Source: a virus
Length of the DNA: 64,000 nucleotides
Virus record (IMG/VR): IMGVR_UViG_3300028840_002190
Strand: one strand, 5' to 3'
Both the position numbers and the translations under genes were made by a program. The notes below the pieces were generated by a model. The model was not told the origin of the DNA. It saw only the letters and a program-made list of their open reading frames with translations, and did no database searches. This document shows, piece by piece, positions 8,188 to 18,198 of the stretch. Numbering within the stretch: the stretch's first letter is position 1; each line of letters starts with the position of its first letter.

Positions 8188-8823
8188 CTACCTTCTCCAA
8201 ACATAAACCTCATTCCCTCGCTTCTCCTGAACGAAGACTTGAGTCTTGAGTTTGTTCTTCATGATCTCATCGAACCGCGCACCCAATGTGTTATGCGGCT
8301 CACCCCACTCAGGATGGTCATTCCGAATAGCCTGATAGATCTCCGAACGCGGAACTGCCCGAGACGAGTCGACAGCGCCGACTTTACCCAGGTACTTCCG
8401 AGCTGCATTAAGAAACTTGTTGCGGCGCGAAGGCTGCTTGTAGGGGTCCTTCGTCAACTTAACGCGCACATCCCCAGGGAGATTAGAGTCCTGCATCTTT
8501 ACGCCTTCTACACCGCCTGAACGCATGGCAATAAGGAATTCCTCGATCCGGGCCGCCGGAAGGACTTGCTGTAACTCCGAGCATGCGGTGTACGTTCTCT
8601 TGTTCAGAACCTTTTTGACGTCTCTGAATCCAGGAGACGCATCAGGGACTAACTGCAGCGGAGCTGTCGACGTCGCCTGCTCCTTTAGGGCGTCTAGTTC
8701 TTGTAACTGCTTCCGTGCAGCGGCGAGCGCTGTTTCGAGCCGCGAGATCTCCTCTTCGACGGAATCGCGGTCCTTCTGCCATCGAGCGTTATCGAACGCA
8801 ACATAGTCTTTCAATGTAACCAT
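8188..8823 (-). CDS. coiled-coil plus possible winged-HTH protein
   Basis: N-terminal heptads; basic C-terminal domain. Confidence 0.55.
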   Translation of the reverse strand: MVTLKDYVAFDNARWQKDRDSVEEEISRLETALAAARKQLQELDALKEQATSTAPLQLVPDASPGFRDVKKVLNKRTYTACSELQQVLPAARIEEFLIAMRSGGVEGVKMQDSNLPGDVRVKLTKDPYKQPSRRNKFLNAARKYLGKVGAVDSSRAVPRSEIYQAIRNDHPEWGEPHNTLGARFDEIMKNKLKTQVFVQEKRGNEVYVWRR

Positions 8824-9245
8824 CACATCGTCCCTTCTTTGCTAGGCCAAACGTACGGAAGGTCATCCGGCACATTCCAGCCGAACTGCTCATAGTGCTC
8901 CGGATACTTACGGAGTAAATTCGATTGGTGAGACTCGTGGAACTTCTCGTTGCCGAACCACGGCGGCATCTCGATGCGCCAGATGGTGTACGTGGCGTCT
9001 ATCGGCATCGTGTTGTTAAAGCCCCGACTTATCCACTCTCGTATCATGGCGTTAGCGTAAGCAGACAACGCCTCCTCGTAGCCTGCCCACATCTTCACTG
9101 CGGGGTGATTACGCCAGCGCTCACTACCGTGGCCTCGTAGAGCGTCGAGTATCTGACGAGCTTCTACTCTCTGCTTTCCTAGGCGTTTATTGTCTAGACA
9201 ACGCGCGGACTCGTAGAAGTCAGGCAACGGAAGGAATGTTTGCAT
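8823..9245 (-). CDS. pyrimidine-dimer DNA glycosylase (DenV/MSMEG_6728-like), copy 1
   Basis: MQTFLP...LDNKRLGKQRVEA.QIL..L...W.NHPAV.MW. Confidence 0.8.
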   Translation of the reverse strand: MQTFLPLPDFYESARCLDNKRLGKQRVEARQILDALRGHGSERWRNHPAVKMWAGYEEALSAYANAMIREWISRGFNNTMPIDATYTIWRIEMPPWFGNEKFHESHQSNLLRKYPEHYEQFGWNVPDDLPYVWPSKEGTM

Positions 9246-9248
9246 GGG

Positions 9249-9539
9249 CTACTCCTCGTACTCCTCCCACTTCGCAACCAACGGCTGCACCATCAACTTC
9301 TCTCGTTCGTCCTTGTCAGTAACTCCACCGCCCCAGAAGTGCTCGCCCGCTTCGTTGTAAGGGTCGGAGTGGTTTCCGACAGTCCATTTCACTTCAGGTC
9401 CGGGCACTCCAGGATTAGAGCATTCCATCCCACCGTACTCGGTCTTGAAGCAGACACTGTCTTCCCACAGGAAGTGTCCAGGAGGACACTCTCCAAGAGT
9501 GCAGGGCCAGCCGAAAGGCTCCAACACTAACCGTTTCAT
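9249..9539 (-). CDS. hypothetical protein
   Basis: GGAGG RBS; MKRLVLEPFGWPCTLGECPPG. Confidence 0.6.
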   Translation of the reverse strand: MKRLVLEPFGWPCTLGECPPGHFLWEDSVCFKTEYGGMECSNPGVPGPEVKWTVGNHSDPYNEAGEHFWGGGVTDKDEREKLMVQPLVAKWEEYEE

Positions 9540-9543
9540 CGTC

Positions 9544-9831
9544 TCACCTCCCAGGATGTGGGTTCCACACCTGTACGGGACCTCCGACCTTCGCAGAACC
9601 TTTACGAACTGACCGCCGAAACCCGCTCGAAGTGACTCCCACAGCATCTCCAGTAGCCTCGTCCATGTTGCCGTTGGAGTGCCAAATGACCTCCAGCTCA
9701 AGAGGGTACTGGTCATAGTTCAGACAGTCAGGACAGAGCCACTCCTTCCGAAAACGGTTACACATTGTGAACTGGTGGCAGCGATTACAGAGGTGCTCTT
9801 CTCTAGTGGTACTGCGAACAGTGTCAGCCAT
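9544..9831 (-). CDS. zinc-finger hypothetical protein
   Basis: CNRC...CPDC. Confidence 0.5.
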   Translation of the reverse strand: MADTVRSTTREEHLCNRCHQFTMCNRFRKEWLCPDCLNYDQYPLELEVIWHSNGNMDEATGDAVGVTSSGFRRSVRKGSAKVGGPVQVWNPHPGR

Positions 9832-10249
9832 GAACAGACTCCTCAAACTTAGGTGTTGGCCAGTAGTAAGGCAGATCATCCGGTTCTTCCCAACCAAAGA
9901 TCATGTAGTGGATCGGATCTTTACGCAGTAAATTCGAACGATGAGAGGCGTGGAGCGGTCCGTAACCGAGCCAGTGGGGAGGGGCGTAAGTTGACGCGTA
10001 CGTGAACGCCATATTGTTGTTGAACCCCCTGACCATCCACTCTGTGAGTACACAGTCATAATACACGCCGAGAGCGTCTTCGAACCCCTCCCACATACGG
10101 ACTGCCGGGTGGTTTTTCCACCCCAAGTTACCTTCCCCCTTAAGAGTTCGAAGAATCTGTGCAGCCTCGACACGCTGCTTGCCCAGGCGTTTGTTGTCCA
10201 AACACGAAGCGCTCTTAGCGAAGTTGGGATACGGCAAGAATGTCTGCAT
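9824..10249 (-). CDS. pyrimidine-dimer DNA glycosylase (DenV/MSMEG_6728-like), copy 2
   Basis: same motifs as 8823-9245. Confidence 0.8.
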   Translation of the reverse strand: MQTFLPYPNFAKSASCLDNKRLGKQRVEAAQILRTLKGEGNLGWKNHPAVRMWEGFEDALGVYYDCVLTEWMVRGFNNNMAFTYASTYAPPHWLGYGPLHASHRSNLLRKDPIHYMIFGWEEPDDLPYYWPTPKFEESVHG

Positions 10250-10310
10250 GGCGGTCACCCCTAGAGGTTAAAGGACAGTTTAACCTCTCATACCGCCTAA
10301 GGGAAGAAAC

Positions 10311-10682
10311 TTACTTACCGTACTGGTCAGTGTGCTTGGTCGTGGCGAGACCGAGACCTGTCCCAGCAAGAAGGCCGAGACCTGCTCCAAGAAGACCTGC
10401 GCGCCCAACACGACGACCGGTCATCTTGCCCGCAGCACGAATCCAACGCTTGGGCATCTTAGAAGTATCGAAACCCTTCCTCGCAGCCAAAGGAGAGCGC
10501 AGCATACGCTTGCCTGCGGAGCGCAAGCCCAAACCCGCGCCCACAGCACCGCCAGCGATGGCGCCCCCCGCCCCGAGCCCAGCCGTAGCTTGGGCGTCGG
10601 GTCCTGGATTGTACTGCTGTAACTTGGAAGGGTCGTAACCCAGCTTCACAAAGACGTCGTTGTATCCTCTTGAGTACCACAT
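10311..10682 (-). CDS. glycine-zipper protein with GY..KLG leader (putative internal virion protein)
   Basis: MWYSRGYNDVFVKLG leader, two Gly-zipper helices, TATACTT upstream. Confidence 0.7.
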   Translation of the reverse strand: MWYSRGYNDVFVKLGYDPSKLQQYNPGPDAQATAGLGAGGAIAGGAVGAGLGLRSAGKRMLRSPLAARKGFDTSKMPKRWIRAAGKMTGRRVGRAGLLGAGLGLLAGTGLGLATTKHTDQYGK

Positions 10683-10687
10683 GTTGG

Positions 10688-10694
10688 AAGTATA
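10688..10694 (-). promoter_or_regulatory. putative late promoter TATACTT
   Basis: one of 8 TATA[A/C]TT copies, most upstream of structural-type genes. Confidence 0.55.
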
Positions 10695-11300
10695 CTACTT
10701 CTCATCCTCTTTTTCATCAGGAGGCATCCACGTCCACGTCGTGCTCTCTCCCTCTTGGCAGCGCTCCCTCGCCTCATCAATGTATCGCCGTAGATTGGTG
10801 ATCGTAGCGTCTAGAGTGTCCCGCTGAATGCGGCAAGGATCGTCCTGGGAAACGGGGCCCAAGCGCTTCAGCATCTCAATGACCACTTCCACATCGGGGA
10901 CGGGGATGTACGTCAGCGGAATCGTAGGACCCCCGACCTGCATGAACATGTTCATCGTGAAGGCCCGAGCGTCTTCGGGAATCTTGGGCGTCTCCGTCGC
11001 AGCCTTAGCCGCGGACTCCCCAGCAGCAAGCGCAGCGTCGCCCTCCTTGAAAGCCTCCTCACGCTCCTGCGCCTTCATGAGGAGCGCCTCACAACGTTTG
11101 CAGCGCTGCATAGGGATAGCACTCGTCTGCGCCAGCCATGTCACCCTACGCCCTGTTTTCGAAGTCAGGGGAGCGAGCTTGGCGCTGCCACACAGAGACA
11201 TGCTGCAGAGCTCCCCGCAATGAGGAGAACCATCGTTAAAATACTCCACAAAGTGCATGGTGCTCAAACCGTCCAAAGTTCGCCACTCACCTCTAATCAT
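10695..11300 (-). CDS. hypothetical protein
   Basis: 201-aa ORF with Cys clusters. Confidence 0.6.
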   Translation of the reverse strand: MIRGEWRTLDGLSTMHFVEYFNDGSPHCGELCSMSLCGSAKLAPLTSKTGRRVTWLAQTSAIPMQRCKRCEALLMKAQEREEAFKEGDAALAAGESAAKAATETPKIPEDARAFTMNMFMQVGGPTIPLTYIPVPDVEVVIEMLKRLGPVSQDDPCRIQRDTLDATITNLRRYIDEARERCQEGESTTWTWMPPDEKEDEK

Positions 11301-11610
11301 TCTTCTTCCTCTCTTCCTCTAGCTCAGCCTGGAGCTCCTGGATACACTGGTCTCGGTAATCGATATCGAGCTGCATCGCCGCACGCTCATCGAGCGTCAT
11401 CCACGTAATCATCGATTCTTCACGCAGGATCATGTCGGCCACGCGCCGAACATGCTCCTCTGTCAGTTCCTTCCCGGTGAGCTTCTCACCCGCTAGTTTA
11501 GTCGCTGTCTCTAAGATGTTGCGGAGCTTCACAAGCTGCTCCACGTGCTCATCGACCATGGCAGCGATGTGCTCACACGCCTTATGGCCGCAAATTTGAC
11601 ACTCCAGCAT
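11293..11610 (-). CDS. hypothetical protein with N-terminal Zn knuckle
   Basis: CQICGHKACEH followed by a coiled coil. Confidence 0.6.
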   Translation of the reverse strand: MLECQICGHKACEHIAAMVDEHVEQLVKLRNILETATKLAGEKLTGKELTEEHVRRVADMILREESMITWMTLDERAAMQLDIDYRDQCIQELQAELEEERKKND

Positions 11611-11612
11611 GT

Positions 11613-12056
11613 CTAACCCTCCTTTTCCTCGAGCCGTTCACACCGCTGCTCGAGCTCCCGCACCGCTGTCTTGAGCAACTCCAGCTCTGTGTCCTGCCCC
11701 CAAGAGTTCTGGTAGCGGCAGCCTCGAAACTGCGAGTGGAAGTGTCCTGGTTTGTCCCGAAAAAGGTGGAAGTCCCCACTGTAGGTGCGGATAATCGTAC
11801 CTCGTTCGTGGGCGCAGATCGACTCCACAAACGCCTTACGGATGAAACGGGGTTCATTATCAATCGCCGATTCCCCTCCTAAGAAGTCATCGAAGTTGAT
11901 ATCCGCCTTACGTCTTAGCTCCTCCTCTCGGAAGATCCGAGCCTCAGCGTTAAAAGGGTGAATTGCTGAGTGCTCGGTCTTCTCGTAAAGAGTTGCGGCG
12001 GTGGTGCCGTCGACAACGACACCTTGCTTGGGACGGGGAAATCCGTCACTCGACAC
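11613..12056 (-). CDS. hypothetical protein
   Basis: 147-aa ORF. Confidence 0.55.
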   Translation of the reverse strand: MSSDGFPRPKQGVVVDGTTAATLYEKTEHSAIHPFNAEARIFREEELRRKADINFDDFLGGESAIDNEPRFIRKAFVESICAHERGTIIRTYSGDFHLFRDKPGHFHSQFRGCRYQNSWGQDTELELLKTAVRELEQRCERLEEKEG

Positions 12057-12059
12057 GAC

Positions 12060-12368
12060 TCACCTCCTAACCTTCGCCGCGTCCCCCAACGCACGTACGA
12101 CAGCTTCAGGTAACGCGTCTACCTTGTGGAAATCCCCAGACTGAGTCTTGATGATCGAACCTTCTTGGTGCGGACTAACAGACTCCACCAAAGACGCACG
12201 AAGAAACCGCGTACCGCCTTCCGCGTCTACGCCTATCAAGTCCGGTAACACCCCCCAGGCGTGTGTGGGCTCCCTAACCTCTGCGGAATGAGGGTCGTGT
12301 TGCTCGTCCCTCAGCTTCTGCATAAGGGAGGCGTATACCGGATCATTAGAATCTATTCCACTAGGCAT
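12060..12368 (-). CDS. hypothetical protein
   Basis: 102-aa ORF. Confidence 0.6.
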   Translation of the reverse strand: MPSGIDSNDPVYASLMQKLRDEQHDPHSAEVREPTHAWGVLPDLIGVDAEGGTRFLRASLVESVSPHQEGSIIKTQSGDFHKVDALPEAVVRALGDAAKVRR

Positions 12369-12739
12369 TATTGATCGACCTCCTCCCCTTCAACAACAGC
12401 AGAGCTCACGACATCCTCCAATGCAGCCAGGACAGCCACCCGCACCTTGTCCGCAACCATCATCGAATAGTTAGCGATATCCGCGGCAGTGTCCAACACT
12501 TCCATGGCGTACAGTGTGACGTCCCCCTCATCGATCTCATCATCAGTATCGTAGAGACCGTCGTGAACACGAATGAGGTCGTCGTGTTGGGAACACAACT
12601 TCTGAAACTTCTTGCCGAGCTCGTTGAGGAGGTAGCGGTTGTCGACTCTAATCCAATGTATCTTCTTACCGTCGTGCTCAGTCAACCGCCGCTCCATGTG
12701 CTCCTCAGCGAACCACGAAACTTCTTTACGGACCTTCAC
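12368..12739 (-). CDS. dATP/dGTP pyrophosphohydrolase-like hypothetical protein
   Basis: MERRLTEHDGK..W...ADIANYSMMVAD; resembles phage MazG-like domains. Confidence 0.45.
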   Translation of the reverse strand: MKVRKEVSWFAEEHMERRLTEHDGKKIHWIRVDNRYLLNELGKKFQKLCSQHDDLIRVHDGLYDTDDEIDEGDVTLYAMEVLDTAADIANYSMMVADKVRVAVLAALEDVVSSAVVEGEEVDQ

Positions 12740-14610
12740 AGCTTCACCGTCCTCTCTTTAATCCGCTTCTCCGCTTTGGTCTTAGCGTCTTTTACCAACT
12801 TTAAGAGCGAAGCATTGAAGTTGCGGTGAGGCAGCGAGTCAAGGTCGTAGATGCCATCAGCGACCATCTCTTTACGTAACTGCGTAGCTCTACGCATCAC
12901 AGCGCGCATCTTCCGACCTCTACAGATCGACAGCAGCCTCGCTTCATCCCGCTCAGACATGTTCGGACGGTAGAGCTCCTTGATAGCGTCATCCTCCTCC
13001 TTCGTCCACGACACTCCACGGAGTGTGCTCCCGGGCTTGCGGCGCTGCTGGACCACTAAATCCTTACGTACACCAGCCTGCAACAGGTTGAACTGCCGCG
13101 CAGGCATATCCGACAGCGTCTTCATCCAGTCTCGAAGCTCTCCGCAGTGGATCACAGGGTTATCCGGAAGCTCCCGACACTCCACCAAGAAATCAAAGGA
13201 GTAGAAGTAACGGTCGTACGCCTCTACGTACGTCACGCCCTTCTTCATTGTGGTTTTACGCGGTAAAGGCGCTGATTTTGCGTACAAAGAGATGTCTCCG
13301 ACGTTCGGGAGGTCGTAATGCAGCGTCGAAGAGATGTCCCACGGCACTCCCCAGAACAGGCCAGAGGGTCTACGGATGACTTCGAACCTCATCGTCTCAC
13401 TGCCACGCTCGAGTAGCGCCGGTGTTTCGAGAACATGGATGCGGGGAGTCTTCGGACCAGTCGGCAAAGAGCCACCAGACCTCTTCTTGTATTTCCTGAC
13501 CGCTTCCATACGGTTGGCCTGCGCCATCCGGCGTGACAACCCCTCCACAGAGAGGAAGAGAACGAATTCTATCGAGTCATCACCCCAGAGCTTCTCGATT
13601 CGACGCCGGTAAACCGACGCCGCACCATGAACGATGATTGGTTCGAAGATGGACTCGAAGTACGACAGCATCCGAGAAGCGGTGAGAGCCTTGCTGCGAC
13701 GCTCCTCAGCGTTGACACGGGTGCGGTAGTAGTTGGTGAGCTGTGTCCGGTACGGAATGTACTTGAGGAGATCAATAGCGATGACATGCTCACTGAGTCG
13801 AGCCACGCCGAAGTCCGTGCGACGGAAATGGAAAGCGTAAAAGAGCTCGTTGAAGTCGTCGTTGAGCTTCGCTGGCCCAAAACCCTCCCCTGAGACTGCG
13901 CTGATGTTGCGGTGAGCTTTCAAACGGTACTGATTCTTCTTCAGCTCTACCGCTGAAAAGATGGTGCAGTCAGCAGGACGGTACGGGCCAACGCTCTTGA
14001 AGATGTCCTCACGAACTGGCTGCGGTGCGAAGATGTTGTAGCGGAGCTTCGGGTCGCTGCCACGAGGAACCAGCGTGTTCTTGAACGACTCCGACAGCGC
14101 GTCGATGGTGCGGTCCTTCTTCATCACGCCCATCGCCAATCCGTTGAAGACTTCCTCTTCGATAGGGGACAGGTCCTGGTAGCCACGGCGACGCTTGTCA
14201 TCCTCCTTCATCGGGAAGTACCGGTAGGTGAGCTGCTGGGCGATCTTGCGTCTCAGCAGGTCGTGGTAGACGACGGAGCGCCGACGAAGAACCTCCCTGA
14301 AGTGCCAGAGCACCGCCACCATGCCGTACTGCTGCCGCTCGAACATCTCGTCGATGCAGCGAAACACCGTCGGCCAATGAATCAGGAACCAATCCTTCCG
14401 CTTGAAAGGGGACTCGGGGTGACGGTTCGACGCTGCGACCCCGAGAGGGTCCAATCCTCGCGCGTAGGATTCAAGCTCAGGTAGTGATTTCGTACGCCTC
14501 AACATGTTGGCGTCCGAGATCACCCAAGACAGCAGGTCGAGCAGATTAGAGTCTGCTAGCTCATAGAAATCGGCGGGGTCGACGCACTCCACTGACATTA
14601 TCTTCTTCAT
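12736..14610 (-). CDS. 624-aa protein with C-terminal Myb/SANT-like domain
   Basis: SWTKEEDDAIKELY...GRKMRAVMRRATQLR. Confidence 0.65.
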   Translation of the reverse strand: MKKIMSVECVDPADFYELADSNLLDLLSWVISDANMLRRTKSLPELESYARGLDPLGVAASNRHPESPFKRKDWFLIHWPTVFRCIDEMFERQQYGMVAVLWHFREVLRRRSVVYHDLLRRKIAQQLTYRYFPMKEDDKRRRGYQDLSPIEEEVFNGLAMGVMKKDRTIDALSESFKNTLVPRGSDPKLRYNIFAPQPVREDIFKSVGPYRPADCTIFSAVELKKNQYRLKAHRNISAVSGEGFGPAKLNDDFNELFYAFHFRRTDFGVARLSEHVIAIDLLKYIPYRTQLTNYYRTRVNAEERRSKALTASRMLSYFESIFEPIIVHGAASVYRRRIEKLWGDDSIEFVLFLSVEGLSRRMAQANRMEAVRKYKKRSGGSLPTGPKTPRIHVLETPALLERGSETMRFEVIRRPSGLFWGVPWDISSTLHYDLPNVGDISLYAKSAPLPRKTTMKKGVTYVEAYDRYFYSFDFLVECRELPDNPVIHCGELRDWMKTLSDMPARQFNLLQAGVRKDLVVQQRRKPGSTLRGVSWTKEEDDAIKELYRPNMSERDEARLLSICRGRKMRAVMRRATQLRKEMVADGIYDLDSLPHRNFNASLLKLVKDAKTKAEKRIKERTVKL

Positions 14611-15700
14611 GGCGGTCCTCCTCGAATGAAACTACCAAACTACACAGAGCACAAAACTCCGGTACCACACATCAGATTTCTGATATAAATTTCTAGCACG
14701 TAAACACGAACACAGCAACACTTTAAGGCAAAAGTAGCGTGGCTATTGTGTTAGTAGGAAGAACAGATTATCCAACGTGTTTCGGAATAACGAGGGTCTG
14801 CAACCCTACGATCTATCCCAACACCCCCGCAACCCAACCGCAACACCGGCGCAACCCAAACGTACCAATCAAAATCTAGACACCACGGCATACGATTTCA
14901 TGTACCTAGAGTTCGGCACTTTCCCCCCTCCCCCGGTAGGCTAGTCCACTATCTTATATCGTTCAACAGCATACATTTCCCCAAACGTCACTTTCCAACG
15001 GGGTACTATATGTATATTAATCTGTTAACTAGCTGATTTCACTGTAACAAAACAACTCGTGTAGTTTCTCATAACCCACTTCGTCAGAATTATGAATACA
15101 CTAGAGAAAGTAAAAAAACGACTCCTACTCTTACCTACATATATCCTATCTACCTACAGATATAATATAGCTAGTATAATCGGTAACTTAACTGACGCAA
15201 CAATGTACGATATGCTAACAACAATCTCTCATATATTCAGATATAATCCCCTTATATTATTATAAACTAGAGTACCTCTTTTATTATTATTATATATAAC
15301 GGCAACTTAGCACTTCTACCCTGTTATACATTTAACGATGTAACTCACCCCTATCATCCATTTTTGTTTTAAATTGGGGGGTCCAGGGGGGGCGGGCCAA
15401 CCGCCCGCAACCGCTCAGCTTTTTCCACGCACTACCATGATTTGTACGGTATATCCAACATATCGCGATAATATCGAAGATATCGGCATACTGTACTACA
15501 TGTCAGTGTAGCAATGGCGCGGGTTTCCGCGTATCCTACATACCAAACTGGAGGATCTTAATTTACAGTGTCAGCAGCCAAAAACAGTGTTTTAGGGCTA
15601 TTATCGCTTCCCTATCTTATTCTTTGCTTTTTCACTAACAAAGAAACCACGACACTTATCCCTCTCGCCTTACTCCCCCAACACTTTCCCGTGTTCTCTT
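14611..15700. other. AT-rich non-coding region, candidate replication origin
   Basis: ~1.1 kb without credible ORFs; AT-rich core ~14980-15375, G-poor on the plus strand, then G6-TCCA-G7 tracts. Confidence 0.55.
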
Positions 15701-16021
15701 CCTGTGCCTATGGTACCCCACATCTCCTTACAGCTCCACACCGTTGAGACTTTGGTACTTTACGCTCTCGCCCACTATCCTCGGGGGTGCGTACCTCTCC
15801 CTACATACCAAGCGTTCCTACGTATGAACATTCGTCGGTTTCGCTCGGACTTTGGTACCGCACTCCCCGTACGTTCTCCGGTCTTCCAGGGTATTCCCCC
15901 GAAGGGTCTCCAGACCCCATACTACACTGCCTCACAGGTACTCCGCAGACCTACAGCCCGAATTGCGACGGGCCTTTACGTGGTAAATACGTCCAAGACA
16001 ATAGACCGGGTCTCGATACGC

Positions 16022-16402
16022 CTACCCTTCGAGGTATGTCCTCCTGAGCAGCGCTTGGTACTCCGAAGCAGGCCGCGAGATGTCGAAGCCCGTGTTTTTT
16101 CGGTGTAGGGTGTCGACGAGAGTTACGAGGGTATCCCCTAGGGTGAACGCCAGTTCCAGATACGCGTCGCACCCACTTACCGTAACCGCGTACAAGTCGA
16201 AGTAGTGCGTTTGGTACATTGTTGCGCTGGCGTGGAGGTACCTACAAAGATAGTGCGGAGTAGCTGGTCCAGGCGTACGAAGTACATACCGGATATGCCA
16301 GTCCATCTGGGTGTGGGAGGACGGGCTAACGGCTATCTCGGGAAACGTATCCAGCAACCTCTCGAAGAAGTCCCAGAATACGTGAAAACCGGTGGTGAGC
16401 AT
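16022..16402 (-). CDS. FPG-array paralog
   Basis: FFERLLDTFPEI; GGAGG RBS. Confidence 0.65.
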   Translation of the reverse strand: MLTTGFHVFWDFFERLLDTFPEIAVSPSSHTQMDWHIRYVLRTPGPATPHYLCRYLHASATMYQTHYFDLYAVTVSGCDAYLELAFTLGDTLVTLVDTLHRKNTGFDISRPASEYQALLRRTYLEG

Positions 16403-16428
16403 GTCCATCCTCCGCGTTTGTGTGGCCT

Positions 16429-16839
16429 TCACCATTTACTGACTCTTTCTTTCAGGGCGTCGAGATACTTATGTGCCATCTGTTTCCGGTCGCGGGTGTC
16501 CAACGAATAGATCACGTGGGAGAACCACGACACCACGAACGGTTGAGGAGAGTAATCGAGTTCCACGCGTACGGGGTTGTGTACGTTCATTGTAGGCGGA
16601 GCAAACCGCGTACCCGAAGAGAGGAGGACGTCCTGGTGCGTAATGTGTTGCCGCGTAAGTAGCCGCACGAATTTCACCGAGTGATCGTAGGTGGGAAGGC
16701 GGTAGACGTGCCGCACAATGTTGTGCGGGGCATTGTAAGTCGCGCAATCTTCGAAACAGCCTGGAAACGCGGTTTCCAACATGAGAAACGAGCGTATTAT
16801 GCTCAACGCCTCGGAGTGGGAGTAGTGTTCAAATGTCAT
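16429..16839 (-). CDS. FPG-array paralog
   Basis: FLMLETAFPGC. Confidence 0.65.
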   Translation of the reverse strand: MTFEHYSHSEALSIIRSFLMLETAFPGCFEDCATYNAPHNIVRHVYRLPTYDHSVKFVRLLTRQHITHQDVLLSSGTRFAPPTMNVHNPVRVELDYSPQPFVVSWFSHVIYSLDTRDRKQMAHKYLDALKERVSKW

Positions 16840-17323
16840 GGCGTGTAACCCAGTCTCGCAGCTCTCCGTAGTTACGGTAGCCGTACTCTGTTAGTTTTTC
16901 GCGCAGCTCTTCTTCGTATGCTCGCGCGAAGTTCTCCACGCGTTGCCAGCGATTTTCGCCTCTCCGAAATGCTGCCGTTTTGGTTCGGATGCGCGCGTAG
17001 ATCTCAGAGAAGAAGGCGGTGGCGGGGACGTCTTCAGCGTTGCAACGGACTACCAATCCTTCGAAGGTATCGAGCTCGGGCGTTCCCAAGAGGGTGTACT
17101 CGGGTCCGCGTGTCTGTTGCCGCAAATACCTCCACATTCTTCGGAGTACAGCTCCTGTAGGGGGGAGCCACCCTACCAAGAAGCAGTCGCAGCATGAATC
17201 AGTGTTATGACTACTGGTCGGGTTGATGTACGACAAGGTGCCGGGGAAGGTTTCGGACGCTCTCAGGATGTAGTCAGAGTAAAGGTAGATACTCCGAACG
17301 CTGCGCGTGTAAAGCTTGGTCAA
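16829..17323 (-). CDS. FPG-array paralog
   Basis: ILRASETFPGT; TTG start overlapping the upstream TGA. Confidence 0.65.
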   Translation of the reverse strand: MTKLYTRSVRSIYLYSDYILRASETFPGTLSYINPTSSHNTDSCCDCFLVGWLPPTGAVLRRMWRYLRQQTRGPEYTLLGTPELDTFEGLVVRCNAEDVPATAFFSEIYARIRTKTAAFRRGENRWQRVENFARAYEEELREKLTEYGYRNYGELRDWVTRHDI

Positions 17324-17745
17324 GGTACCCTCCCTTCCAGTCGGAGCTTTTTGATGGCGTTGAGAAACGGAGCGGCAGGAGCGTGAGTGTTGTAGATATC
17401 CCATGCGTAGGGTGCGGCTTCTCTCAAAACCTCCGCAAACCAATTGACTGCACGCCCGACCACTGCGTACTTCAGCTCTAGAGTGTAGTAAGGATACGTC
17501 ACCTGTTCCTTCAGGGTGAACTGCTCATTGCACACGTGTACGCGCCCACTCTTAACGTAGCGTATGAACCGTTTAGCTCTGTTATCGAGCGTGTCGAAGG
17601 TGTACGCGTTGATAAGTACGGGAGTGAGGTTAAGAATGATCGTGGTGGTTGTGTGGGTCTGCGGGTAGACCTCATCGAGGCGCAGTATTCGGTCGGTAAT
17701 TAGGTAAACGAAGTCACGGACCGCGCTACTCCTTTCAGTCTCCAT
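17320..17745 (-). CDS. FPG-array paralog
   Basis: ILRLDEVYPQT. Confidence 0.65.
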   Translation of the reverse strand: METERSSAVRDFVYLITDRILRLDEVYPQTHTTTTIILNLTPVLINAYTFDTLDNRAKRFIRYVKSGRVHVCNEQFTLKEQVTYPYYTLELKYAVVGRAVNWFAEVLREAAPYAWDIYNTHAPAAPFLNAIKKLRLEGRVP

Positions 17746-17756
17746 GTGCACATCCT

Positions 17757-18182
17757 TTAAATCTTTTTCTTCTTCAGAGCGCGTTTGTAGAGGTTGATCC
17801 AAGACTGTGCTCGCAATTTCTTGGTACTCATGGTCATGTCTATGACAGTTCTGTGCAGGTCGGTGAACCATCTCTTTGCGCGCTGAGACATGCAGTACTC
17901 GACGGAGATGGTATGGTGGCGCTGGTACTTCCACGTACACCACGGGATCGTATACGCCGTCCGTTTTAGGTAGCGAACGAAAGCATCAAGAGACCTTCCT
18001 CTCGAGAAGACGTACACGTGTTCGACGACGTCACTCTTTGTGAGGAATATCTGATCAAGATGGTCTGGGAAGATATCATCGAGTCGGAGCATATGGTCGA
18101 TTGTCCCACTGACGTGGTCAGAGGATACGCGCAACTCCGTCAAGAGAGGGCGTCTCACGTTTTCTTGGAGTTTCATCACCAT
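17757..18182 (-). CDS. FPG-array paralog
   Basis: MLRLDDIFPDH. Confidence 0.65.
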   Translation of the reverse strand: MVMKLQENVRRPLLTELRVSSDHVSGTIDHMLRLDDIFPDHLDQIFLTKSDVVEHVYVFSRGRSLDAFVRYLKRTAYTIPWCTWKYQRHHTISVEYCMSQRAKRWFTDLHRTVIDMTMSTKKLRAQSWINLYKRALKKKKI

Positions 18183-18198
18183 CGCAACCTCCATGTTC

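Noticed and set aside
15704-16108. Plus-strand 134-aa ORF at the edge of the AT-rich region
   Set aside because: No RBS, opposite to the local gene direction, overlaps a real gene, and has no recognisable motif
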